A stretch of DNA of 64,000 nucleotides from the NCBI GenBank assembly GCA_002269645.1, contig NIVC01000576.1, positions 62,001 through 126,000 on the forward strand, written 5' to 3'. The position numbers and the translations under genes were made by a program. Of the stretch, positions 11,086-23,100 are shown piece after piece (positions within the stretch are counted from its first letter, which is position 1; the number at the start of each line of letters is the position of its first letter). This DNA is from Macrostomum lignano. Its lineage: Eukaryota. Below the pieces are notes generated by a model. That model saw only the letters and a list, made by a program, of their open reading frames with translations. It was not told where the DNA came from and ran no database searches.

Positions 11086-14000
11086 ATTTCCTCTTCTCCC
11101 TCTCCTGTCTCTGTTCTCATTTTTCATCTCTCCTATCATCTTTCTACTCCTCCCTCTTCTCGATCCTCTCTCCTCTCTTCTCGATTCTCTCTCCTATCTA
11201 CTCTTTCCTGTCTCATTTCTTCTCTCATATCTATCTCTCCTCTGTACTCTTTTCTTTCCCCTCTTTTGACTCCTCTCTTTCCTTTCTCTTCTCTTCTCTA
11301 CCTTCTTCTCTACTCTCCCTCTCTTTTCTCTCCACTCTCCTTTATCTCATCTCTTCTTTCATCTCTCTCATTTCTACAATCTTATCTCTTTTCTCTTCCC
11401 TTTACTTTCTCCATCTCTCCTTTCTCCTCTTTTCTCTTCCCTTTAATTTCTCCATCTCTCCTTTCTCCTTTTTTCTCTTCTCTTTTCTCTCTTCTCTACT
11501 TTTTCCTTTCTCTCTTATCTCATCTCTCTTCTTTCTCCTTCTCATCTCTTCCCTCTCCCCTTGCTTCTCTTTCCCCTATTTTTCTCTTTCCCTCCTCTCT
11601 CCTCCTCCCTCCCTCCCGCCAAAGCTAGGCCTATAGTTAGGGCAATACCTTGAGGTAAGTCTAACAATAGTATATATCCTACTATACAAAACTGTCTTAA
11701 TAAGTAAGGAAATAAATATCTTAGGCTTCAAAATATTATTGTATTAACAACAAAAGCTATAAAAACTACAAGCCATATTGCTAAATAAACAAAAAACATA
11801 TTGTCTATAATACTTACTGAGTACAGCTATATTTGTCTTCAAGTTTAGCCTAGGCTAAAATGTTTTTTTTTCTATTTGTCATGTTAATATATAGTGAAAA
11901 CATTATTCTTTTACCCTAGACTTCAGTTTTAAACATAAAACTTCAGCTTAGTAAAATAATATAGGCCTAATTAATCCAGTATAATTAATAATATAAAAAA
12001 AATTAATGGCCATTTAAGGACTACTGATTGATTAATTACTAATTAATTACTCAATTAATTAATATTATATTAATTAATTAATTAATTAATATTACTTTTA
12101 TTAATTAATTACTAATTGAAATTGTATAATATGGAATTTATAAACTTCTATATAAAACTTTCTTGCAAAAAACTAACAAGGATTCTATCCACTATATTAC
12201 ATTATGCTATACCAATCTAAACTATATAAGTATTAGAATGTTGTCCTGTAACCACTGTAAGTAATCAACTATATAGATTTAATTGTGAACTAGGCCTATT
12301 TCAAAACAGTAACAGAATCTAGAATTTTATCATGTTAGGCCTAGGCTAGTAGCAGTTAAAGTTTTAGTATGATAGGGCTATAACTTAGTCATACAGCTAA
12401 AGGCTAAGCTTATAAGCTAAAAATATTACTTTTTGTTGATAGTAAACTAGTTAGAAGCCCATCTGATCCTTTTCTCACGCTTTCGCCAATTTATATAGTA
12501 TGTCTGCTGTGGGCATAAAAACTTCAGAAATTTTAAAACGATCGAGTTGCAAAGTTGCATATAATGACATAATTACTTAAAATATCTAGATTTAACAGAT
12601 TAAAGCCTAAATAAAGTATAAATACACCTATTTATGGAGCTTCTGAGGCTCAAATATAGTGCATGCTTCTTTAAAACAGTCAAGTAGAATACTTTTTTGA
12701 AGGCAAGTACCGATAAATACACGTAAACAAGCGGGCCTTCAAACAATCCCGCAATATTTACGAGTGTTGCGTCCTGATACAACGGTAACTTCTAGTGGTC
12801 CTTGATTGGTCACCGTGAGCTGGGGCAGGCCGGTATGCGTCTGGCGAAAAGATGCAGACGATGATGGACAGCTCGCACCTTGTGGACGAGTTAGAGGCAC
12901 AGCAACTTGCATTCATAAGCATTGAGGCTTTAGAAACAAATTAATCAATCTTGACATGTAGGTAGAACCTATTAAATATCACTTAAAGATAGATTCATTG
13001 AACAACTCGATACACCATCAAAAATATTCCTAAATCCCACCAATCAATCATAAACTAATCAGTTAATCAACGATCAAAGCTGATTTATAGATCCCATCAA
13101 CCATCAATCAATCAAACATCAAAGCTGATTAATAGATCATTAAGTCAGTAAGCTTATCATCTATACGGGGCTACCAGAATTACCTTCGATGTCATCGCCA
13201 GCAGCTTCAGTCTGACTGTTTAATCTGTACACAGAGTTTCGCCAAGCTCCGCCACAGATCTGGCTGGCATTGCCTGGGCAAGCCGCACTGCACTGCGCCT
13301 CGGTATCCGCAGCTCCATGCAATCCGTAGCCCGATCCGCAGAAGCATTCTTCTGTCGATTGCATAGAGAAATATTTGAATCCCAATCCTGCCACAGCTCC
13401 AATTGAGCAGATTCTGTAGCACAGCTCAGTGGTCATTGCTGCGGGCCCTAGTTGACAATCTTACAAACTGACTTGTCAGATCTGATTTCTCTTGAATAGT
13501 CTTATTAAATCTTCTCAGATCTGTTCAAAAAATGTAAGTGACAGATAAAAATCTATGATTAGTATGTTTTGTATGCAAACAATATTTTCCTGCTTTAAAG
13601 GTCGAAAAAGCTTTTATAATGTGATAATTTAATTCACTAATTCACAGTTTAGTTGATCTAACAGATTTCGCAAGGTGATGCAAGTTGCGATTGCATATGT
13701 ATCGAAGGGAAAATTTACAATAGGTAAAAGGAGTACTGCACAGCAGAATTGTATTACATATAAAATTTCAGCATGATGTGTTTCATTTTTACAGTTTAGT
13801 AATCTTAAACTGATATTCCTATGTACATATACATATGTAGTCATTTTTACACTGTCGTAAAATATTTGCTAAATGTATAAGAAACTATAAAAACGTATTT
13901 GTACACTTAAGTAATATATAATAGTTGTATTTACTCATCTAAATGGGCAAATGGGCAAGTTTATAAATAAAAAATGTGCCCTGTTTGTTTTAACTATGTT

Positions 14001-16439
14001 TTCTTTTAAATAAGCTTCTGCTGTAATTTACTCGTAGATCGATTTATCGGATATTCATCTAGGGTTACAAATTTACCAACGCGTCTGCTAATTTGTAGGC
14101 CTAAGCCTATGAAAAGTTTTTTGCTACTTTCTATTTTAATTTTTCAGTAAATACTTTATTTGCAATGCAAGTGACAAGAGCAGCCATTAATGGCCCGAGT
14201 CCAGGAAATGAAGCTAAAGTCTTTGTGTCTTTGTACTGCATTCTGTGCTGTGGTAGCAGTACTAAGAATTTTTTACAAATCTTCAAGCTAACAGACACTC
14301 GATTTTCATCATGTTCTTTAGAAGCACGCCTGCGTTGAGATTTTGTAAGTATGGAGCTTTACATTGTTAATTAGAGAAAAAATGATGATAAGCATTGGCC
14401 TAGCCCTAGCCTAGGCCTACCTAGCCTAAGCCAAGCCCTAGGCACATGACGAAGATGGCCACAGCTCTAAATATCTAAATAGATCATAGGCCTAGGTCTA
14501 TATATTTCCTCATTTCCTATTATTAGTATAATGGAGATAAGTAAGGGAGATAAATACTAGGGCATATACATATAAAATGGAATTAGATTAGGCCTAACCA
14601 AACAAAAACTTGAAAAAACAATTTTGTATTGTGAATAAAGTCTAAAAATCTATTATTGCATGATATTTATATATTCAATTATAATTGAACTTAATAATTT
14701 ATATAACGATAGCACTAGGGGGGGGGGCTAAGTTATGAATTAATATTAAAAAGTTGATAATATAGAGATTAAAAAATTCTATGCTGTAGCCATCTTGGAC
14801 TTGGTTTTACACCTTACATGTATCACTAAGCCATGTTGCCCTTCCATTGTCATTCTATCCTAGTTTTGTTTTGACATTGTTTTTCTAATTTTGACCTAGA
14901 CCTTATTTTTTAAAAAGTATTTGGGCTAAAAATATAGCAGTGAAGTATAATTTGCATATTTAAGAACATTAAGGCAAAACCTTTATGCTTTTTAATCATT
15001 GGGACAGATATTTTAAACCAAATGTGTAGTGTATGAAGGCATTGTCCAGTGTCCAAGCCATTAATTCTTTTATACCCGCAGCCACAGAGCCAACAAATCT
15101 GCTGTCAAGTTTGATTGATATGGTAAATCATCAGATTTTAGAAAGAAGCAAACAAATGCCTTAAAGAAATCATGCAAAATATTGATTTCAACCTACCTGC
15201 AACTTGAGTAAGTATTGTGCATATTTCTTTGAAAAGTACTAGTGTATTTCATTATCATTATTTCAATTATTGTATATGTATATTCCACTTTATTTTTATT
15301 TCAAGATGCTTTTCGGGCTGGCTACGCTATGGACAGACACTGGAGAGCTACTTGGCTGTTGCTCAACCAAGCATCTAGATATTGTGCCAAGACAAGTGTC
15401 AGCAGGCTAATCTGCCAATGGCCGCAGTAGATGTCACTATGAATGGTGCTTGACTTGGTGTGTCAGTTTTTATAAAATTCTTCTTTAACTTTAAAGTTTC
15501 GGATTTGTTTGTTTTTTATGTAATGCACTTAAAACACAAAATTAAAAAAGTAAGGTAAAAAATTACAGTTGCTTTTAACTTTTTGATTGATTAATTAACT
15601 AATTGCAGGTAAAACTTGAAGGAATTTTAAAAGTTTCCTTCATAAAGACGTCAATTAAAACAATTTTTGCTGTTGGTTTTAGTGCTAAATAGTTAAATAG
15701 AAGTACTGGTATAATAGTGAGTTAAACATCTTTTAATTGTTATTAAATTGTTATGCAGTGCTTAAAAGACCTTGCTTTTTGGTTTAGTTGTGACTGCATT
15801 TGCAGATGAATTTTGTTTGCATGTTTCTTTGTGCCAATAAATCCTAAATAAATTGCCAAAGTTGATTTTTTGTTTTCTAATGCCTACAGTCTGTCTTGAA
15901 TATAATAAAATGACAAAAATAAATGTTTTTTCTAATAAATCTAACCTTATATTAAATTATTAATTGCTGTACATAAACACAAATATAAAGCTTTTTAAGC
16001 AATTAATTGTTTATATTCTTTTTCCTTTTATTAATATTCGAGAATCAGAGAACCAAAAATGGTGACCATTGAATTCTGCATGGATAAACATATGCAAAAT
16101 TTCCTGCAATTTCTTGCCAGATCTTACCCAACTCTTGTCAAATCTTACAGGATACCTTAAGTAAGATCTTATAATTTCTTTGGAATTATTGAAGGAATTG
16201 GTAAGTCAGATCTTGTAAGATTTGGCAAGTCATTGTCAACTAGGGGGGTCTTTGACTGCGCCAAAACTTTTCACAGCATACGGACCCAGCCGGGAAATTC
16301 CAACAAGGCCGTCTAGATCTCGCTTGGACGTGTCGACATAGCAACCAACGTAGGTGTAGGTAAGATTGTCATCTACGCATTGAACAGTGTTTACGGCAAG
16401 AATTTCTGCTATTAGAAGCAGCTTCATCAGAGCTAGCAT
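9529..16439 (-). CDS. Secreted WSC-domain protein with a C-terminal PAN/apple-like module. Exons 16439-16241, 13447-13184, and 12878-12805 + 9723-9529 (exon 3 is interrupted by a transposon); 243 aa without the insertion
   Basis: Hydrophobic N-terminus MLALMKLLLIAEILAVNTVQC. WSC motifs YVGCYVD..RDL, MTTELC..IC, ECFCG, CPGNASQICGGAWRNSVY. Exon 2 ends in donor AG|GTAATT, phase-matched to an acceptor with a CTAAC branch site at 12879. Cys spacing C..F...GCLMKC..SCRAAIF...GQCY is PAN-like. Exon lengths sum to 732 nt. An alternative is a stop at 13161 (161 aa, WSC only). Confidence 0.72.
9732..12804. mobile_element. Non-autonomous TIR DNA transposon (P- or hAT-type), 3073 bp, 80-bp TIRs, 8-bp TSD ATTGGTCA
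   Basis: TIRs at 9732-9811 and 12725-12804 (caaggaccactagaagttacc...) match at 75/80. The identical TSD is at 9724-9731 and 12805-12812. No transposase ORF was seen. Confidence 0.92.
10996..11620. repeat. (CT)n microsatellite and pyrimidine-rich low-complexity tract inside the TIR element
   Basis: Pure CT run to about 11083, then CT-rich degenerate sequence. Confidence 0.95.
13446..16245. mobile_element. Putative non-autonomous TIR element coinciding with intron 1 (13448-16240) of the WSC gene
   Basis: Perfect 14-bp terminal inverted repeat ccctagttgacaat / attgtcaactaggg, extended imperfectly to about 43 bp (agatctga at the same offset). Subterminal TCTTAC/GTAAGA repeats. The TSD is ambiguous within G runs. 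Confidence 0.7.
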
Positions 16440-16952
16440 GATTTTTCTGACGTTGTTTTGCAGCTAAAATTTGACGAAGTGAATTATCTTCCAGTAGCTT
16501 GATATGATGAAGATATAAATAATGGAAAATTGCTTGAAAATTGGTTCTCGAACGATTATGGTTGGTTGCAAGCAGATGTAGCCATGCCATTGGCCGGCGT
16601 GGGTGTGCGATAAAAATTTCATCACAAAATTCAGAGCAACCTGACAAAATAAACAATGTACCTTGTCTACAATTTTACATACGCATATGGAAGCTGATTA
16701 AGCTATCTAGATTCCTCAGCTACTTACTATTAGTAGAATGAATCAAATGAGAATGTATTATCAAATTATATTTAATGCTTCAAACGGGCTGGCAGTGTAC
16801 ACTGGCGCTTTATCTACCCCACCCCTCCCCCCATTCCAACCAAGCCCAGTGTACATTCATGCACTCCAAGTCTTCCAGTCTTCCACTGTCCCTCTCGGCC
16901 CCGCTCAGACCACTCTCATACCCTCTCTCTCCCCAGTGCAAGCAAAATAAGG

Positions 16953-16967
16953 GTTACCATTAGCAAC
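16953..16967. promoter_or_regulatory. RFX X-box upstream of TCTE1/DRC5
   Basis: GTTACC-ATT-AGCAAC fits GTNRCC(N0-3)RGYAAC and lies about 145 bp before the ATG of a motile-cilium gene. Confidence 0.75.
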
Positions 16968-17112
16968 GCGGCGCGCGCCAAATTCAAACTGCAAACAAGC
17001 TTGACTATTTTTTAGCAATTTTAAGCAGGCTTTTCTATTTCATCTTGTCATCCGACTAGATTTCAAGCATTTTTTAAGAGCTAGAATTTTCCCCACCAAA
17101 GAACAAAACAGC

Positions 17113-20100
17113 ATGTCGTCGAAACCGCAGACTCCGGCTCCCGATGGCGAGGAGGCGGACCAGACGGCGGCGGCCGCTGAAGCAGCAGCAGAAGGCGATG
17201 AGGCGCCGCCGTCCCGCGCCTCCGGCCGTTCCAAGAAGAGCCAGAGCCAGGCCGCAGGTTCCACGCGACAGCAGACAGAGGCCAACGAAGACGCTGACGA
17301 GGCCGACGCGGTGGCTGGCGATGCTGAGGACGCCGCAGGAGGCGATCCAGATGCCGCCGCCGAAGACGAGGACCTGCCGGAGCAGGAGGTTCAAGAGGAC
17401 CCGGCACTGGACCGGCGCAACATCCGCAAAATCATCGCGGAGGATCCGGAGTGGAACCTGGCCACGGTGCCGGGACTGGCCGAGCTCAGTCTCAAAGGTC
17501 TCGTAGCCAATTTTGAGTACAACTCAGACGTGCTCAACCGAGTCGACCCTGCTCAACAGGCTAAGCTGCTGAAGCGGCTGCCAGTTGACGTGTCAAAGAA
17601 GGTCACCGGGCCGCTGATTCGTGACGAAGGCTATTGGCGTCGCGTGTGCAAAGCGCGGTGGCCCGTGTGCGACGTCAGCCAGTACGACGGAAGCTGGAAG
17701 CGGATGCACTTTGAGCGCGATTTGCAGGTAGTTTTCTAATACCCTTTTAACTTTCTCAATTTTTAATGACTAGAGAAAAACTAGAGCCTGTTGAGTAGTT
17801 GACATTAAAGAGTATTCATTTTAAATCGTTTTTTAAAAAATAGTTTTAATTTCGTTTTACGCATATCATACTTAAAGTTGCTATATAATTATAATTTACT
17901 ACAGTTTATTTTTAATTTAATCTAGGGGAAATGTTAACAAATTTTCTACCTAAAAACTGTAGTAGAGTCTGGGGGATGCTTGCTATCTGGGGGATGCTTG
18001 CTATCTGGGGGATGCTTGCTATCTGGGGGATGCTTGCTATCTGGGGGATGCTTGCTATCTGGGGGATGCTTGCTATCTGGGGATGCTTGCTATCTGGGGG
18101 ATGCTTGCTATCTGGGGGATGCTTGCTATCTGGGGGATGCTTGCTATCTGGGGGATGCTTGCTATCTGGGGGATGCTTGCTATCTGGGGGATGCTTGCTA
18201 TCTGCATGGGGGATGCTTGCTATCTGGGGGATGCTTGCTATCTGGGGGATGCTTGCTATCTGGGGGATGCTTGCTATCTGGGGGATGCTTGCTATCTGGG
18301 GGATGCTTGCTATCTGGGGGATGCTTGCTATCTGCATGGGGGATGCTTGCTATCTGGGGGATGCTTGCTATCGGGGGATGCTTGCCATCTGGGGGTTGCT
18401 TGCTATCTGGGGGATCTGGGGGATGCTTGCTATCTGCAGGGTGCTTGCTATCGGGGGATGCTTGCTATCTGGGGGTTGCTTGCTATCGGGGGGATGCTTG
18501 TTATCTGGGGGATCTGGGGGATGCTTGCTATCTGGGGGTTGCTTGCTATCGGGGGATGCTTGTTATCTGGGGGATCTGGGGATGCTTGCTATCTGGGGGA
18601 TGCTTGCTATCTGGGGGTTGCTTGCTATCGGGGGGATGCTTGCTATCTGGGGGATCTGGGGGATGCTTGCTATCTGCAGGGTGCTTGCTATCGTGGGGAT
18701 GCTTGCTATCTGGGGGATGCTTGCTATCTGCAGGGTGCTTGCTATCTGGGGGATGCTTGCTATCTGGGGGATGCTTGTTATCTGGGGGATGCTTGCTATC
18801 TGCAGGGTGCTTGCTATCGGGGGATGCTTGCTATCTGGGGGATGCTTGCTATCTGGGGGATGCTTGTTATCTGGGGGATGCTTGCTATCTGCAGGGTGCT
18901 TGCTATCGGGGGGATGCTTGCCATCTGGGGGTTGCTTGCTATCTGGGGGATCTGGGGGATGCTTGCTATCTGCAGGGTGCTTGCTATCGGGGGATGCTTG
19001 CTATCTGCATGGGGATGCTTGCTATCTGCATGGGGGATGCTTGCTATCTGGGGGATGCTTGCTATCTGGGGGATGCTTGCTATCTGGGGGATGCTTGCTA
19101 TCTGCATGGGGGATGCTTGCTATCTGGGGGATGCTTGCTATCTGGGGGATGCTTGCTATCTGGGGGATGCTTGCTATCTGGGGGATGCTTGTTATCTGGG
19201 GGATGCTTGCTATCTGCATGGGGGATGCTTGCTATCTGCATGGGGGATGCTTGCTATCTGCATGGGGGATGCTTGCTATCTGCAGGGTGCTTGCTATCGG
19301 GGGATGCTTGCCATCTGGGGGTTGCTTGCTATCTGGGGGATCTGGGGGATGCTTGCTATCTGCAGGGTGCTTGCTATCGGGGGATGCTTGCTATCTGCAT
19401 GGGGGATGCTTGCTATCTGGGGGATGCTTGCTATCTGGGGGATGCTTGCTATCTGGGGGATGCTTGCTATCTGGGGGATGCTTGCTATCTGCATGGGGGA
19501 TGCTTGCTATCTGGGGGATGCTTGCTATCTGGGGATGCTTGCTATCTGGGGGATGCTTGCTATCTGGGGGATGCTTGCTATCTGGGGGATGCTTGCTATC
19601 TGGGGGATGCTTGCTATCTGGGGGATGCTTGCTATCTGGGGGATGCTTGCTATCTGGGGATGCTTGCTATCTGGGGGATGCTTGCTATCTGGGGGATGCT
19701 TGCTATCTGGGGGATGCTTGCTATCTGCAGGGTGCTTGCTATCGGGGGATGCTTGCTATCTGGGGGATGCTTGCTATCTGGGGATGCTTGCTATCTGGGG
19801 GATGCTTGCTATCTGCAGGGTGCTTGCTATCGGGGGATGCTTGCTATCTGGGGGATGCTTGCTATCTGGGGGATGCTTGCTATCTGGGGGATGCTTGCTA
19901 TCTGGGGGATGCTTGCTATCTGGGGGATGCTTGCTATCTGGGGGATGCTTGCTATCTGGGGGATGCTTGCTATCTGGGGGATGCTTGCTATCTGGGGGAT
20001 TCTTGTTATCTGGGGGATGCTTGTTATCTGCAGGGTGCTTGCTATCGGGGGGATGCTTGCTATCTGCAGGGTGCTTGCTATCTGGGGGATGCTTGCTATC

Positions 20101-23100
20101 TGGGGGATGCTTGCTATCTGGGGGATGCTTGCTATCTGGGGATGCTTGTTATCTGGGGATGCTTGCTATCTGCAGGGTGCTTGCTATCGGGGGATGCTTG
20201 CTATCTGGGGGATGCTTGCTATCTGGGGGATCTGGGGATGCTTGCTATCTGCAGGGTGCTTGCTATCGGGGGATGCTTGCTATCTGCATGGGGGATGCTT
20301 GCTATCTGGGGGATGCTTGCTATCTGGGGGATGCTTGCTATCTGGGGGATGCTTGCTATCTGCATGGGGGATGCTTGCTATCTGGGGATGCTTGCTATCT
20401 GGGGATGCTTGCTATCTGGGGATGCTTGCTATCTGGGGGATGCTTGTTATCTGGGGATGCTTGCTATCTGCATGGGGGATGCTTGCTATCTGCATGGGGG
20501 ATGCTTGCTATCTGCATGGGGGATGCTTGCTATCTGCAGGGTGCTTGCTATCGGGGGATGCTTGCCATCTGGGGGTTGCTTGCTATCTGGGGGATCTGGG
20601 GGATGCTTGCTATCTGCAGGGTGCTTGCTATCGGGGGGATGCTTGCCATCTGGGGGTTGCTTGCTATCTGGGGATCTGGGGGATGCTTGCTATCTGCAGG
20701 GTGCTTGCTATCGGGGGATGCTTGCTATCTGGGGGTTGCTTGCTATCGGGGGATGCTTGCTATCTGGGGGATGCTTGCCATCTGGGGGTTGCTTGCTATC
20801 GGGGGATGCTTGCTATCTGGGGGTTGCTTGCTATCTGGGGGATGCTTGCTATCTGGGGGATGCTTGCTATCTGGGGGATGCTTGCTATCTGGGGGATGCT
20901 TGCTATCTGGGGATGCTTGCTATCTGGGGGATGCTTGCTATCTGCAGGGTGCTTGCTATCGGGGGATGCTTGCTATCTGGGGGATGCTTGCTATCTGGGG
21001 GATGCTTGCTATCTGGGGGATGCTTGCTATCTGCAGGGTGCTTGCTATCGGGGGGATGCTTGCTATCTGGGGGATGCTTGCTATCTGGGGGATGCTTGCT
21101 ATCTGGGGGATGCTTGCTATCTGGGGGATGCTTGCTATCTGGGGGATGCTTGCTATCTGGGGATGCTTGCTATCTGGGGATGCTTGCTATCTGGGGGATG
21201 CTTGCTATCTGGGGGATTCTTGTTATCTGGGGGATGCTTGTTATCTGCAGGGTGCTTGCTATCGGGGGGATGCTTGCTATCTGCAGGGTGCTTGCTATCT
21301 GGGGGATGCTTGCTATCTGGGGGATGCTTGCTATCTGGGGGATGCTTGCTATCTGGGGGATGCTTGTTATCTGGGGGATGCTTGCTATCTGCAGGGTGCT
21401 TGCTATCGGGGGGATGCTTGCTATCTGGGGGATGCTTGCTATCTGGGGGATGCTTGCTATCTGCAGGGTGCTTGCTATCTGGGGGATGCTTGCTATCTGG
21501 GGGATGCTTGCTATCTGGGGGATGCTTGTTATCTGGGGGATGCTTGCTATCTGCAGGGTGCTTGCTATCGGGGGATGCTTGCCATCTGGGGTTGCTTGCT
21601 ATCTGGGGGATCTGGGGGATGCTTGCTATCTGCAGGGTGCTTGCTATCGGGGGATGCTTGCTATCTGGGGGTTGCTTGCTATCGGGGGATGCTTGCTATC
21701 TGGGGGATGCTTGCTATCGGGGGTTGCTTGCTATCTGGGGGATGCTTGCTATCTGGGGGTTGCTTGCTATCTGGGGAATGCTTGCTATCTGGGGTTGCTT
21801 GCTATCGGGGGATGCTTGCTATCTGGGGGATGCTTGCTATCTGGGGATGCTTGCTATCTGGGGGATGCTTGCTATCTGGGGATGCTTGCTATCTGGGGGT
21901 TGCTTGCTATCTGGGGGATGCTTGCTATCTGGGGGATGCTTGCTATCTGGGGGATGCTTGCTATCTGGGGGATGCTTGTTATCTGGGGGATGCTTGCTAT
22001 CTGCAGGGTGCTTGCTATCGGGGGATGCTTGCCATCTGGGGGTTGCTTGCTATCTGGGGGATCTGGGGATGCTTGCTATCTGCAGGGTGCTTGCTATCGG
22101 GGGATGCTTGCTATCTGGGGGTTGCTTGCTATCGGGGGATGCTTGCTATCTGGGGGATGCTTGCTATCGGGGGGTTGCTTGCTATCTGGGGGATGCTTGC
22201 TATCTGGGGGTTGCTTGCTATCTGGGGAATGCTTGCTATCTGGGGGTTGCTTGCTATCGGGGGGATGCTTGCTATCTGGGGGATGCTTGCTATCTGGGGG
22301 ATGCTTGCTATCTGGGGGATGCTTGCTATCTGGGGGATGCTTGCTATCTGGGGGATGCTTGCTATCTGGGGGATGCTTGCTATCTGGGGGATGCTTGCTA
22401 TCTGGGGGATGCTTGCTATCTGGGGGTTGCTTGCTATCTGGGGGATGCTTGCTATCTGGGGGATGTTCTGTTTTTAGAGGGAATGTCTGTTGTTTTTTAA
22501 TGAAGGCTTTATTTCGCTGTCTATTTGTTATTTCTAAATAACAAGGATTCTATCCAGAAGTCCCTCATCGGGGGGCGAAGATTGCTAGTTTTCTACCTAA
22601 AAACTAAAAACACCGATTAATCCTAATAATCTTAATAGAAATGATTTTTTAAATAAAATTTGTTTATAAATAAAACGCAATAAAAATCTACGAACTCGTA
22701 TTGCGCAATATTGTTATAAACAATAATAAAAAGAATATCTATAAAAATTAATACCAACAAAAAAGTGAATTAAAAATACAATATAGTCATACCTACGAGT
22801 ATATCAGGAATTAATTTTTTTTCAATTTCATGTAATACAGTAATTGCTATGATTTTATTTCCACTTTTTCATTTCATTTTTATTTGATGCCTAAGCATAG
22901 AATTGAAACCACTGGAATTTAAATTGATTTATATTAACTTTTTTCTGCTCCAAGTTGACAGCAGAATCCAAATTGAAAAGAAGCATTTAAACAAATCACA
23001 ATATTGCCAATTCCACAGGAAGTGATCGAATTCTTCGTGCCGGGCAGCACGGACCCAACTCAGCTCAGCGAGTCGCTCATCCTGGCCGGCCCGTTCGTCC

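Noticed and set aside
15040-15430. Exon-like plus-strand pieces inside the intron-1 element (..WLRY / YAMDRH..), possibly a transposon accessory gene remnant
   Set aside because: No continuous frame could be assembled and the similarity is only an impression; it needs an HMM search.
17931-22541. ORFs of 1464-1536 aa (MLAIWG / GCLLSG / DACYLG repeats)
   Set aside because: They are translations of a stop-free 18-bp satellite that is open in all three frames and lies inside the TCTE1 GT-AG intron.
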